From the NCBI GenBank assembly GCA_965242925.1, contig CBDEUM010000038.1, positions 96,001 through 160,000 of the forward strand: a stretch of DNA of 64,000 nt, in the 5' to 3' direction. The stretch comes from Roseibacillus sp. Lineage in GTDB: Bacteria > Verrucomicrobiota > Verrucomicrobiia > Verrucomicrobiales > Akkermansiaceae. The translations under genes and the position numbers were made by a program. Below, piece after piece: positions 8,398-17,841 of this stretch (position 1 is its first letter; each line of letters opens with the position of its first letter). The notes below the pieces were generated by a model that saw only the letters and a program-made list of their open reading frames with translations, searched no databases and was not told the origin of the DNA.

Positions 8398-9999
8398 GTG
8401 ACTCCCCCCAGTATCTTCAACGATGTGCTCGGTCCCGTGATGCGGGGTCCTTCGAGTTCGCACAGCGCGGCCTCGTTGCGAATCGGGCGACTGGCGCGTG
8501 ATCTGATGGGAGGTGATGTGAAGGAGGTGGTGGTGGAGTATGATCCCAACGGCGCACTGGTCACCACGCATGAGTCGCAGGGATCGGACCTGGGGCTCTT
8601 TGGTGGTTTGATGGGATGGCAAACGGATGACGAGCGTCTCCCGGATTTCCGCGAGGAGATCGAGGAGGCAGGAATCAAGGTGGAGATCCGGTACGTGAGC
8701 TATGGGGCGGAGCACCCCAATACCTACAAACTGACCCTTCGCAACCGGGATGAGGAGCGGACCATGCAGGCGATCTCGACCGGGGGTGGCATGATCGTCG
8801 TGCAGAAAATCGAGGGTGCCGGGGTTGAAATAGAGGGCGATTACTACGAGACGCTCGTTTTTCTTTCCGATGCCGGAGCGGCTGATGGACTGGTTGGTTG
8901 GCTCTCGAGCAGCTTTTCCTTCGAAGAGGTTCAGGTCCGACCGGGGGGCAAGGAGATGTTGATTGAGATCAGGAGCCGTAGTGCGCTCGACGAGGAACTG
9001 CTGGCGGAACTCAGGGGCAATCCGGCGGTCTCGGTGGTGCGCGTGCTCCATCCGGTCCTCCCGGTGCTGTCCCGCCGGGATCTCTCCGTTCCCTGGTTGC
9101 GCTGCGCGGAGATGGAATCCTACCGGGAATGCAGGGGCGGTGAGACCGGTCTGGGCGAGCTGGGCGCGATTTACGAAGGTGAGCGCGGTGGTATTTCGGT
9201 GGAGGAGGTCAGGGAGCGTATGGGCAGGCTGGTTGAGACGATGGAGGGTTCGATCCAGACCGGGTTGCAGGGAACCAGTTTCGCTGACCGGATTCTTCCG
9301 GCGCAGTCACCGCGTTTTGCCGAAAGGATGAAGGGGGGGGAGCTGGTGCCGGGTGATGTGCTTAACCGGATGATCATGTATGTCTCTTCCCTGATGGAAG
9401 TGAAGAGCTCCATGGGGGTCATCGTGGCAGCTCCGACGGCGGGAAGTTGTGGTGCCCTTCCGGGGGCTGTTCTCGGGGTGGCCGATGCCCTGGGCAAGAG
9501 CCGCGAGGAACGGATCGAGGCGATGCTGGCGGCGGGCATGATCGGGGTGTTCATTGCAGCCCACTCGACTTTTGCGGCGGAAGAGGCGGGTTGCATGGCG
9601 GAGTGCGGATCGGGCGCGGCCATGGCAGCGGCAGGAATCGTCCTCTTGATGGAAGGGAGCTTCGAACAACAGATGGGGGCCGCGTCCATGGCCCTGCAGA
9701 ACTCCCTGGGGATGACCTGTGATACGCTCGCCAACCGGGTGGAAGCTCCCTGTCTCGGTCGCAATGTGACCGCAGCTTCCAATGCGCTTTCCTCTGCCAA
9801 CATGGCACTGGCGGACTATCAGCACCTTGTCCCCTTTGACGAGGTCGTAGACGCCATGAAACAGGTGGGCGATCTCATGCCGCGCGAGATCTGCTGCACA
9901 GGACTCGGTGGATTGGCCATCACGCCGACATCGAAAGCCTGGGAAGAACAACTGGCCCGCGGGTGTGGAACCTGCGGGAAGGTGGAGGTGGAATCCTAA
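8398..9999 (+). CDS. Fe-S-dependent L-serine dehydratase, fused beta-ACT-alpha form
   Basis: GPVMRGPSSSH (beta), IVAAPTAGSCG, AGCMAECG, LGMTCD (alpha). Start placed at GTG 8398. Confidence 0.9.
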   Translation: MTPPSIFNDVLGPVMRGPSSSHSAASLRIGRLARDLMGGDVKEVVVEYDPNGALVTTHESQGSDLGLFGGLMGWQTDDERLPDFREEIEEAGIKVEIRYVSYGAEHPNTYKLTLRNRDEERTMQAISTGGGMIVVQKIEGAGVEIEGDYYETLVFLSDAGAADGLVGWLSSSFSFEEVQVRPGGKEMLIEIRSRSALDEELLAELRGNPAVSVVRVLHPVLPVLSRRDLSVPWLRCAEMESYRECRGGETGLGELGAIYEGERGGISVEEVRERMGRLVETMEGSIQTGLQGTSFADRILPAQSPRFAERMKGGELVPGDVLNRMIMYVSSLMEVKSSMGVIVAAPTAGSCGALPGAVLGVADALGKSREERIEAMLAAGMIGVFIAAHSTFAAEEAGCMAECGSGAAMAAAGIVLLMEGSFEQQMGAASMALQNSLGMTCDTLANRVEAPCLGRNVTAASNALSSANMALADYQHLVPFDEVVDAMKQVGDLMPREICCTGLGGLAITPTSKAWEEQLARGCGTCGKVEVES

Positions 10000-10023
10000 C
10001 TTCCGGGAGCGGGGTAGGTCACA

Positions 10024-11304
10024 CTACGGCTCAGGGGCGATGAGGTCGTCCCAGGATTGACGGTGGCGTGCAATCCTGGCCTGTGCGCCCTCGACAAGGA
10101 TCTCGGCAGGCATGGGGCGGGAATTGTAGTTGGAGGCCATGGTGAAGCTGTAGGCTCCCGCACTCATGAGGGCGATGATGTCGTTGGCCTTGAAGTCGGT
10201 GATTTCGCGATCCTGGCAGAAGAAATCGCCACTTTCGCAGATGGGGCCCACCACGTCGGCGGTGACGCGGGTGTTGGTGTCGTCTTCCCGGAGGGGAACA
10301 ATCTCGTGGTGTCCCTGGTAGAGGGCCGGGCGGATAAGATCATTCATCCCGGCATCGACAACCTTGAAGGTCTTCGCATGGCCCTTCTTCTCATGGAGGC
10401 AGGTGGTGAGAAGGACACCGGCATTCCCCGAGATGTAACGACCGGGTTCGAGAAGGATCCTGAGGTCGAGGGATTGCAGGCGGGGTGCCAGTTCGTTGGC
10501 GTAGGCCACGGGCGATAGTGGAGGGTCATCGTGCTGATCCCACCAATCCTGCTGACCGGAGGCGAGGGCGCCATCGTAGATGATGCCGATTCCTCCGCCG
10601 ATGGAGAAGAACTCAATATCGTGGGCGGACTTCAACTCGGCCACGAGAGGGATGACCCGCTCGACTGCTTCCACGAACGGGGCGACACTGGTGAGCTGGG
10701 ATCCAATGTGCATTTGCACGCCCTTGATCTGGATATGAGGGAGGTTTGCGGCGTGCTGGTAGATTTCGCTGGCGGCAGCATAGTCGATTCCAAACTTGTT
10801 CTCGGCCTTGCCGGTGGAGATGTAATCGTGGGTGCCGGCGTCCACGTTGGGGTTGATGCGCACCGCAATGGGAGCAGTTGCGCTCACACCCCCGGCTACT
10901 GTGTTGATCAGTTCGAGTTCGGCCGGCGACTCGATGTTGAAGCAGTGGATTTCGTGCTCCAGGGCATAGCGGATCTCCTCCGCAGTTTTGCCCACCCCGG
11001 CGAAGGAGCAGAGTTTTGGATCTCCGCCGGCCTTGATCACGCGGAAGAGTTCACCTCCGGAGACAATGTCGAATCCGCTGCCGAGTTCAGCGAGCAGGCC
11101 GAGGACGGAGAGATTGGAATTTGCTTTGACGGCGTAGGCGATGTGGTGATCGAGACCCTCCAGAGCCTGAGTGAGTCGATGGTAGTTGTCGCGGAAAGTC
11201 TGGGCGGAATAGACGTAGAGGGGGGTGCCGTGTTCCTCGGCCAGAGCCTGCAGGTTCACCTCCTCACAGTGGAGGATGCCTTTGCGGTAGTGGAACTGGT
11301 GCAT
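10024..11304 (-). CDS. lysA: Diaminopimelate decarboxylase
   Basis: YAVKAN PLP lysine, HIGSQ, EPGR, GPICESGD, MASNYNSR. Confidence 0.96.
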   Translation of the reverse strand: MHQFHYRKGILHCEEVNLQALAEEHGTPLYVYSAQTFRDNYHRLTQALEGLDHHIAYAVKANSNLSVLGLLAELGSGFDIVSGGELFRVIKAGGDPKLCSFAGVGKTAEEIRYALEHEIHCFNIESPAELELINTVAGGVSATAPIAVRINPNVDAGTHDYISTGKAENKFGIDYAAASEIYQHAANLPHIQIKGVQMHIGSQLTSVAPFVEAVERVIPLVAELKSAHDIEFFSIGGGIGIIYDGALASGQQDWWDQHDDPPLSPVAYANELAPRLQSLDLRILLEPGRYISGNAGVLLTTCLHEKKGHAKTFKVVDAGMNDLIRPALYQGHHEIVPLREDDTNTRVTADVVGPICESGDFFCQDREITDFKANDIIALMSAGAYSFTMASNYNSRPMPAEILVEGAQARIARHRQSWDDLIAPEP

Positions 11305-11404
11305 GAGTGGGGACGGGGAGTGGCAGGTGCGGGGGACCAATACGCCAGAATTCCGGGACTCCAACACTCCAAAAGCGAGGAAATGTTCTTAAAGGTGGAA
11401 CGGG

Positions 11405-12655
11405 CTACTCGACCCGGAAAGAACGGGTCCGGCGGCCGAAGAAATCCTCAGCCACGGCTTTGCTTCTGATGTTGAGGAGTTTGGTTTCGAAGCCGGAGGT
11501 GAGCCAGACGTGAGCGAAGTGGCCGGATTGTGATTCTTTCCCGGGGGGGAGGACCACGGCGGAGGTCACCCGCCTTCCCAGAGTGATCCGGTAGACGCGG
11601 TTGGGTGGAAGGGTGATACGGGTGTGCACATTGAGTTTGGTGAAGTAACCGCTGCGGCGGTGAGCCACCTCGCTTCCATCCTCGACGAAGATACGCTTGT
11701 TCTGCAGTCGGGTCCCGGGGAATCCGATTCCACGGGACTCCGTTTCGAGAAGGAGGTTGTCGCCCCCGGCGAGTTCAAGGGATCCTTCGAGGTCAAGGGT
11801 GATATGGATGGTGTCGGGCAGGCGTTTCACTTCTTCCCTGATCAGGGTGGTGGTGTTGTCCCTCGCATAGGGAAAAGACAGGCAGGTTGTGCCGATCACG
11901 GCGAAAAGGGCCACCAGGATGCCGAAGGGAGCCCAGGCCGGAATGTGTTCTCCAACCGGTGTCTTTGGTTCGTAGAGAGCCTTGCGGTGCAGTCCGAAGA
12001 CATGGAACAGGGCAGCCGAGGCGAACCAGACTACAGCCGCGGACCAGAGGATATCGCTGGCGAAGTGCAGGCCCTGTGCCAGGCATGCCACCCCGATACA
12101 GGTGCCGTAGGTCCCGGCCGCCACGATGACCAGGATGCCTGTCTTTCGTCGCCGACAGGCGAGCAGGGCAAGGCCGGCGGCAAAGAAGTAGAACCCCATG
12201 GAGGCGGGGACGCTGACGAAGGAATGGCCTTCGGTAGCGGGATCGATTGCCAGGAGCCGTTCGAATGGATCCGCTCCGCCCAGACCCTCGGTTTCATTTG
12301 GTCGGGGACGACCCCAGTGTTCCTTGAGAAGGAAATTGGCGACGAGGCCGGGCCCGGCGAGGAGGGTGAGAACGAGGAAAGCAGAGAGTTTCCGGGAGGA
12401 GGCAAGTCGGTGTCGTCCCATGCCGAGCACGAGGACAGAGAGGGCTACCGCAGCCACGACAAGGGCCGGAATGGCGCCAAGGCGGTAGAACTGAAGCCAG
12501 GGAGGTTTGCCGGAGTAGGTCCAGAGATTGGCTTTCTCATTGTAGAACTGCCGGGCGATCTCCATGTCGAGTTCGCCGGACAGAAAGGGCAGGGACCCTC
12601 CTGCGAGGAGCACCGCAGGGATGAGATAGAGAACGAGGATCCAGCGCCTGGTCAC
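11405..12655 (-). CDS. PAP2-family membrane phosphatase (LpxF-like) with C-terminal extension
   Basis: KEHWGRPRP, HFASD, several TM helices; the usual PSGH motif reads VSVP here. Start placed at GTG 12655 because a terminator overlaps the longer ORF start. Confidence 0.78.
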   Translation of the reverse strand: MTRRWILVLYLIPAVLLAGGSLPFLSGELDMEIARQFYNEKANLWTYSGKPPWLQFYRLGAIPALVVAAVALSVLVLGMGRHRLASSRKLSAFLVLTLLAGPGLVANFLLKEHWGRPRPNETEGLGGADPFERLLAIDPATEGHSFVSVPASMGFYFFAAGLALLACRRRKTGILVIVAAGTYGTCIGVACLAQGLHFASDILWSAAVVWFASAALFHVFGLHRKALYEPKTPVGEHIPAWAPFGILVALFAVIGTTCLSFPYARDNTTTLIREEVKRLPDTIHITLDLEGSLELAGGDNLLLETESRGIGFPGTRLQNKRIFVEDGSEVAHRRSGYFTKLNVHTRITLPPNRVYRITLGRRVTSAVVLPPGKESQSGHFAHVWLTSGFETKLLNIRSKAVAEDFFGRRTRSFRVE

Positions 12656-12791
12656 GGGAGGGAGGATGGTGGGGTTGAGTATCCAGTGTCCAGTTTTCAG
12701 TATGGCCGGACGGGCTCCGGGCGGGGAGGGTTGCCGGTCCGGGTCACGGACCTGATCGTGGTCAGATCCCGCAAAGGTCCGAGTCGGCCCC

Positions 12792-12822
12792 AAAAAACCG
12801 GGAACCTGGCGGTTCCCGGTTC
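12792..12822 (-). terminator. Rho-independent terminator after the downstream glnII
   Basis: Minus strand AACCGGGAACC-GCCA-GGTTCCCGGTT-TTTT. Confidence 0.85.
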
Positions 12823-12863
12823 TGTATCAGTGCTGAGATTGATTTCAGTTCTTCCGGGTGCTG

Positions 12864-13865
12864 CTAGCCGTTAACAGTCTGGCAGATCCGCTGCGCCACG
12901 CGGTAGGGGTCCGCATTGGAGGCCGGGCGGCGATCTTCAAGATAGCCCTTCCAGCCGTCCTGCACGGTGCCCACCGGAATCCGGACGGATGCTCCCCGGT
13001 CAGAGACGGCATAGCTGAATTTGTCAATGGCCTGCGTCTCGTGAAGTCCGGTGAGTCGAAGTTCGTTGCACGATCCGTAAACCGCGATGTGCTCGTCATG
13101 CACCGGCGCAAACTTGTCGAGGAGAGCCCGGATGCCCTCCTCGCCGCCTTCCTCGCGGATGAAGGTGTTGGAGAAGTTGGTGTGCATGCCGGAGCCGTTC
13201 CAGTCACCGAGCACCGGCTTGGGATGAAGTTCGACGGTCACACCATACTTTTCCGCAGTGCGATAGAGGAGGTAGCGGGCGAGCCAGGCATCATCTGCCG
13301 CACGCTTGGCTCCCTCGCCGATGAGTTGGTACTCCCACTGTCCGATCATGACCTCGGCGTTGATGCCGGTGATTCCCAGGCCAGCTTCGAGGCAGAGGTC
13401 CAGGTGTTCCTCCACGATATCCCGGCCGTCCACGTTGCCGGCACCGACCGCGCAGTAGTAGGGACCCTGCGGGCCGGGATAACCCTTGGCCGGAAAGCCG
13501 AGGGGGAAGCCGTTCCTGCTCAGGACGTATTCCTGCTCGAATCCGAACCACATGTCCCCGTCGTCATCCCATCCCCCTCGAGTGTTGGAGGGATGCACGC
13601 TCCCATCGGCAGCCAGGACCTCACACATGACGAGGTAGGCATCGAGGCGATCGGGATCGGGGACCACCCGCACGGGTTTGAGGAGACAGTCGGACGAATG
13701 TCCTTCCGCCTGCTCGGTGGAGGATCCGTCGAAGGACCAGCCGGGAAGTGCCTCGGGGGCTGGAACCTCTTCCCCGTCGTAGTTCCAGATCTTGGTTTTG
13801 CTGCGAATGCTGGGCTCCGGGGTGTAGCCGTCCAGCCAGATGTATTCGAGTTTTGCTGCTGCCAT
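12864..13865 (-). CDS. glnII: Glutamine synthetase type II (copy A)
   Basis: 333 aa; EYIWLDG, FDGSST, GFEQEY, GINAEV..GQWE, DWNGSGMH, RLTGLHET, YLEDRRPASNADPY. Confidence 0.93.
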   Translation of the reverse strand: MAAAKLEYIWLDGYTPEPSIRSKTKIWNYDGEEVPAPEALPGWSFDGSSTEQAEGHSSDCLLKPVRVVPDPDRLDAYLVMCEVLAADGSVHPSNTRGGWDDDGDMWFGFEQEYVLSRNGFPLGFPAKGYPGPQGPYYCAVGAGNVDGRDIVEEHLDLCLEAGLGITGINAEVMIGQWEYQLIGEGAKRAADDAWLARYLLYRTAEKYGVTVELHPKPVLGDWNGSGMHTNFSNTFIREEGGEEGIRALLDKFAPVHDEHIAVYGSCNELRLTGLHETQAIDKFSYAVSDRGASVRIPVGTVQDGWKGYLEDRRPASNADPYRVAQRICQTVNG

Positions 13866-13874
13866 GGCGCGCGG

Positions 13875-13902
13875 AGTTTGATTCGGCCAAAAACGCTGTC
13901 AA
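13875..13902 (-). promoter_or_regulatory. Putative sigma70 promoter of glnII copy A
   Basis: TTGACA-16 bp-CAAACT, 9 nt upstream of the ATG and just downstream of a terminator. Confidence 0.55.
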
Positions 13903-13918
13903 GTGCACAGGATACACG

Positions 13919-13953
13919 AAAAACGGCCAACCCCGCTGGAGGATTGGCCGTTT
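13919..13953 (-). terminator. Rho-independent terminator between the two glnII genes
   Basis: Minus strand AAACGGCCAA...TTGGCCGTTT-TT. Confidence 0.75.
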
Positions 13954-13981
13954 GGGAATGTCAGGATATCCGTTTTTCTTT

Positions 13982-14998
13982 TCAGCTCCCGGTGGACACG
14001 GAGGCGATGGTCTGGAGAATCCGGCTCGCGATGGCGTAGGGATCGCCCTGTGAGTTCGGTCGACGGTCTTCCAGGTAGCCCTTGTAGTCGTCCCCGACGA
14101 AGGCGTGGGGGACGCGGACGGAGGCACCACGGTCAGCCACGCCGTAGGAGAACTTGTCGATCGACTGAGTCTCGTGCAGGCCGGTGAGTCGCAGGTGGTT
14201 GTCAGGACCGTAGACTGCGATGTGCTCTTCCTGGTTGGCCTCGAAGGCTCCCATGAGAGCTTCGAAGTAGTCCTTGCCTCCGGTCTCGCGTAAGTAAGTG
14301 GTGGAGAAGTTGGAGTGCATGCCGGATCCATTCCAGTCCCCCGCGAGAGGCTTGCAGTGCCAATCAATATCGACACCATATTGTTCGCAGAGGCGTAGAA
14401 GGAGGAAGCGGGCGACCCAGACATCGTCGGCGGCTTTCTTGGAGCCCTTGCCAAAGACCTGGAATTCCCACTGCCCCTTGGCCACTTCGGCATTGATGCC
14501 TTCGTGGGTGATGCCGGCGTGAAGGCACTGCCAGAGATGCTCCTCGGTGATCTTGCGGCCGAGGGCGCCGATGTTCTTGAATCCAACGCCGCAGTAATAC
14601 TCGCCCTGGGGTTCGGGGTAGCCTTCCTTGGGGAATCCGAGGGGCAGCCCATCCTGGGTGAGGAAGTATTCCTGTTCGAAGCCGAACCAGGCACCCTCGT
14701 CGTCAAGGATGGTGGCGCGCATGTTGGAGGGGTGCGGGTCGCCGTTAGGCAACATGACCTCACACATCACCAGCGCCTGTTGTTCGTTGGTCTTGTCCGG
14801 ATAAACGGCGACGGGTTTGAGGGTGCAGTCGGAATCGCTGCCGTCGGCCTGCTCGGTGGAGCTGCCGTCAAAGCCCCAGAGGGGTAGTTCAGAGAGTTCC
14901 GGAAAGGAGGCGTATTCCTTTACGCAGCACTTGGTCCGCAGGTTCGGGACGGGGGTATATCCATCCAGCCAGATGTAATCCAATTTATATTTGGGCAT
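13982..14998 (-). CDS. glnII: Glutamine synthetase type II (copy B, rhizobial-like signatures)
   Basis: 338 aa; same GSII motifs, with HEGINAEVAKGQWEFQ and EDRRPNSQGDPY. Confidence 0.94.
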   Translation of the reverse strand: MPKYKLDYIWLDGYTPVPNLRTKCCVKEYASFPELSELPLWGFDGSSTEQADGSDSDCTLKPVAVYPDKTNEQQALVMCEVMLPNGDPHPSNMRATILDDEGAWFGFEQEYFLTQDGLPLGFPKEGYPEPQGEYYCGVGFKNIGALGRKITEEHLWQCLHAGITHEGINAEVAKGQWEFQVFGKGSKKAADDVWVARFLLLRLCEQYGVDIDWHCKPLAGDWNGSGMHSNFSTTYLRETGGKDYFEALMGAFEANQEEHIAVYGPDNHLRLTGLHETQSIDKFSYGVADRGASVRVPHAFVGDDYKGYLEDRRPNSQGDPYAIASRILQTIASVSTGS

Positions 14999-15095
14999 GT
15001 CGTGTTCTAGTCGGGTTGCGATTACCGCGGCACATCACACGGCACGGATCCGGAAAGCGGAGCCATGTCGCGGGGCCTTGGAGGCACTCATATGA

Positions 15096-15112
15096 AGCAG
15101 TGGCCGTGCCAA
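15096..15112 (-). promoter_or_regulatory. Sigma54 (-24/-12) promoter upstream of glnII copy B
   Basis: Minus strand TTGGCACGGCCACTGCT matches TGGCAC-N5-TTGC with one mismatch and correct GG-N10-GC spacing. Confidence 0.8.
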
Positions 15113-15140
15113 ACTGCGTAAAAAACGCGAGCCGAAAAGC

Positions 15141-16355
15141 TCAAAGTTGGGCAATCTGGGCCACGATAAGGGTTGCATCGTCGTCGCGGCTGTTTTCCCG
15201 TGCCCGGGTGAGGATCCTGTGGGCCAGGTCTGTGGGTTCACCGTGGCGGGCCAGTTCCGTTGCCAGTCCACGCTCCCAGAGCCCGTCGATGAGACCGTCG
15301 GTGCAGAGAAGAAGGCGGTCATCGTTCTGGAGGGGATGAGATTCGATTTGCGGGTGAATGCCGGAGTGACCGCCCCCGAGGGCGTCATAGAGGGCGCTGC
15401 GACGTGGATGGGCGCGGTAGGCGAACTCATTGATTTCTCCACGGTTCCACTGTCCCCAGGCCCGGGTGTGATCAGCTGTGAGCTGGGTGGTTTTCTCCGC
15501 CCGGTGGAGATAGAGACGGGAGTCGCCGAGGTGGGCGAAATGCAGGTGTCCGGGGCTGAGCCAGACGAGGGTGAGAGTGGCGCCCATCCCGTGCAGATTG
15601 GACTCCTCCGCGGCGAGGGCGTTTAATCCCTCATGGGCGTTTTGCATGAGTTGGCGCAGCACGGATGAGGCTTCTTCCTCTCCATGGCAGTGAAGGGCCT
15701 CGTATAGATCTCCGGCCTTTCGCTTGACTGCGGCGAGGATCAGGCGGGAGGCGAGTTCGCCCGCGGAGCCCCCTCCCATGCCATCGGAGACGGCGAGGAC
15801 GAGATGCGACGGTTCAAGGAGGGCTTCGCCCTGGGCCTCGAACCGGCGTGCGCCTCCCGGACTGACTTCGAGGGCGAGGTAGGCGTCATCGTTGGAGTCG
15901 CGCATGGTTCCGCCTTCTGAGAGGGAGCACCAGGTCACCTTCCAGATCCCGCTGTTCTCTCGTTCGATGCCGCCGCGTTCGGGAAGGATTTCCGCAAGTT
16001 CAAAGTCAATGAGGCAGAAACGCCCGAGGCGGGGGCAGTAGGTGACATTGCGGGGTTCGGGATCATCGTGGCGCAAGCCGTAGTCCCGCTCAAGGTCGGC
16101 GAAAAGGGCATCGGACTTGGTGCGTGAGATCTCGGGAGCGGGTTGTCCGCAGTTGGTGGTGACGATGTAGTGCTCTTCCGGTCGGTGTTCCAGAAGTCGG
16201 GGAACGTAGGGGCAGCCACGCTCTTCGAGAGCCTTGAGGATACGCGCCTCATTCTCACAGCGTTCACCCTTTTGGTGACCCTTGAACTTTTTGTGCACCT
16301 GCCCCTTGAAGTCGATGCGGACGTGGGAGCGGATGCCATCCTTGAGGTCCTTCAC
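15141..16355 (-). CDS. Fusion of a minimal protein-kinase-like domain and a PP2C/PPM Ser/Thr phosphatase
   Basis: First ~125 aa: HKKF, ENEARIL, HDDPEPRNV, IDFELA. C-terminal part: NDDA, VSDGMGG, MGATLT, HLGDSRLY, LLCTDGL, DDAT. Confidence 0.85.
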   Translation of the reverse strand: MKDLKDGIRSHVRIDFKGQVHKKFKGHQKGERCENEARILKALEERGCPYVPRLLEHRPEEHYIVTTNCGQPAPEISRTKSDALFADLERDYGLRHDDPEPRNVTYCPRLGRFCLIDFELAEILPERGGIERENSGIWKVTWCSLSEGGTMRDSNDDAYLALEVSPGGARRFEAQGEALLEPSHLVLAVSDGMGGGSAGELASRLILAAVKRKAGDLYEALHCHGEEEASSVLRQLMQNAHEGLNALAAEESNLHGMGATLTLVWLSPGHLHFAHLGDSRLYLHRAEKTTQLTADHTRAWGQWNRGEINEFAYRAHPRRSALYDALGGGHSGIHPQIESHPLQNDDRLLLCTDGLIDGLWERGLATELARHGEPTDLAHRILTRARENSRDDDATLIVAQIAQL

Positions 16356-16541
16356 GTAAGCCCAGTGAAGAGGCAGCAGGGAAGAAGGGGAAGATGAAAG
16401 TATGAGGAGAGGGAAGATGGGTAATCGGTGCGACCGGATGGGATCGGGTTGAGCCGGAACGGTGTTGTCTCGGTTGGAGCTCAGGGAGGTTTTCTATCCT
16501 TTCCTTGACCTTTAGGGGCAAGAAAGAGATTGTGGAGGAGC

Positions 16542-17174
16542 GTGGAAAAGGTCGAGATTCCAAAGAAGGCGATCTACCGTCTTTCGATATACCAGCGCGG
16601 CCTCAGCAAGTTGCAGGAGAACGGGAAGGAGACGGTGAGCTCTTCCGCACTTGCAGGAGCGGCCGGGGTGAAGCCCGCGCAGCTGCGCAAGGATCTGGCC
16701 TACTTCGGCCAGTTCGGAAAGCGTGGGCTGGGCTATTCCGTATCGGAGCTGCGGGATGCGATCCTGGAGGTACTGGGGCGGGAGCAACTGCAGCCCGTGG
16801 TCATGGTGGGGGCCGGAAACCTGGGAGTGGCCCTGCTGCGCTATCGTGGATTTGAGAAGGGGGGGTTTGAAGTGGTGGCGGCCTTTGACGCCGTGCCGGA
16901 GACGGTAATTGCACGGGGAATTTCTGTTCCGGTCTACGGGCAGGATGAGGTGGCTCGCTTCGTGCGGGAGAACGAGGTGAAGCTGGCTATTCTCTGTGTT
17001 CCGGGTGGAGTGGCCCAGGAAGCCGCCAACGAACTGGTGGATGCAGGGGTGCAGGGAATTCTTAATTTTTCTCCTACCCTGCTGCAGGTCCCCGAAGCAG
17101 TCACTGTCAACAACGTGGATCTCGCCCTGGAGTTGGAGAATCTCTCCTATTTCGTGAGCAAGGGAGAGGAATGA
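16542..17174 (+). CDS. rex: Redox-sensing transcriptional repressor Rex
   Basis: RLSIY, LRKDLAYFGQFGKRGLGY, VGAGNLG, GILNF; GGAGG RBS before GTG 16542. Confidence 0.95.
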   Translation: MEKVEIPKKAIYRLSIYQRGLSKLQENGKETVSSSALAGAAGVKPAQLRKDLAYFGQFGKRGLGYSVSELRDAILEVLGREQLQPVVMVGAGNLGVALLRYRGFEKGGFEVVAAFDAVPETVIARGISVPVYGQDEVARFVRENEVKLAILCVPGGVAQEAANELVDAGVQGILNFSPTLLQVPEAVTVNNVDLALELENLSYFVSKGEE

Positions 17175-17301
17175 GGTTGAGGAGAGCCTTGGCTTCCCGC
17201 GTTGGCGGTAGATTCCCCGGGTGCCGATAAAGGTGCGGATATTTCGCAAATAGGCCTAAGAATCTCTTTGCCAACGCGTTTCTGATGTAGTTTGAGCCCT
17301 G

Positions 17302-17841
17302 ATGGGCCGGTATGAGAACATGGTTGAGACTCACGAGCAATTCGTGGAGCAGGCCCTTGCCCAGTACGAGGGACCGCTTATCGGATACGCTTTGGGGATT
17401 GTGCATGACCTCGATCGGGCTCGCGACGTTGTCCAGGACACCTTCATCCGGCTCTACCAGCAGGATCGGGAGAAAGTGCAGCGGGGGCTCAAGGCATGGC
17501 TCTTCACGGTCTGCCGGAACCGGGCTCTCGACATCCTCCGCAAGGAGAAGCGGATGGTGGCTCTGGTTGACGAGAAGGCCGAGCGCCTGGAGGGAACCAC
17601 TGCAACTCCGGATCGCGTTGCGGACTGGGACGAGCGGGTGGCCCAGGTAATGAATGCCCTGGATCGGCTCTCCGACAACCAGAGGGAGGTTATCAGACTG
17701 AAATTCCAGCAAGAACTCAGCTATAAGGAAATCAGCGAAGCGACCGGCCTTGCGCCGGGCAATGTCGGCTTTCTGCTGCACACCGGATTGAAACGTTTGC
17801 GGGCCCTCCTTCCGGAAGACCTGCTGGAAAATTCCATGTGA
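17302..17841 (+). CDS. ECF sigma factor
   Basis: DVVQDTF, AWLFTVCRN (region 2); LSDNQREV...LSYKEIS (region 4). Confidence 0.93.
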   Translation: MGRYENMVETHEQFVEQALAQYEGPLIGYALGIVHDLDRARDVVQDTFIRLYQQDREKVQRGLKAWLFTVCRNRALDILRKEKRMVALVDEKAERLEGTTATPDRVADWDERVAQVMNALDRLSDNQREVIRLKFQQELSYKEISEATGLAPGNVGFLLHTGLKRLRALLPEDLLENSM

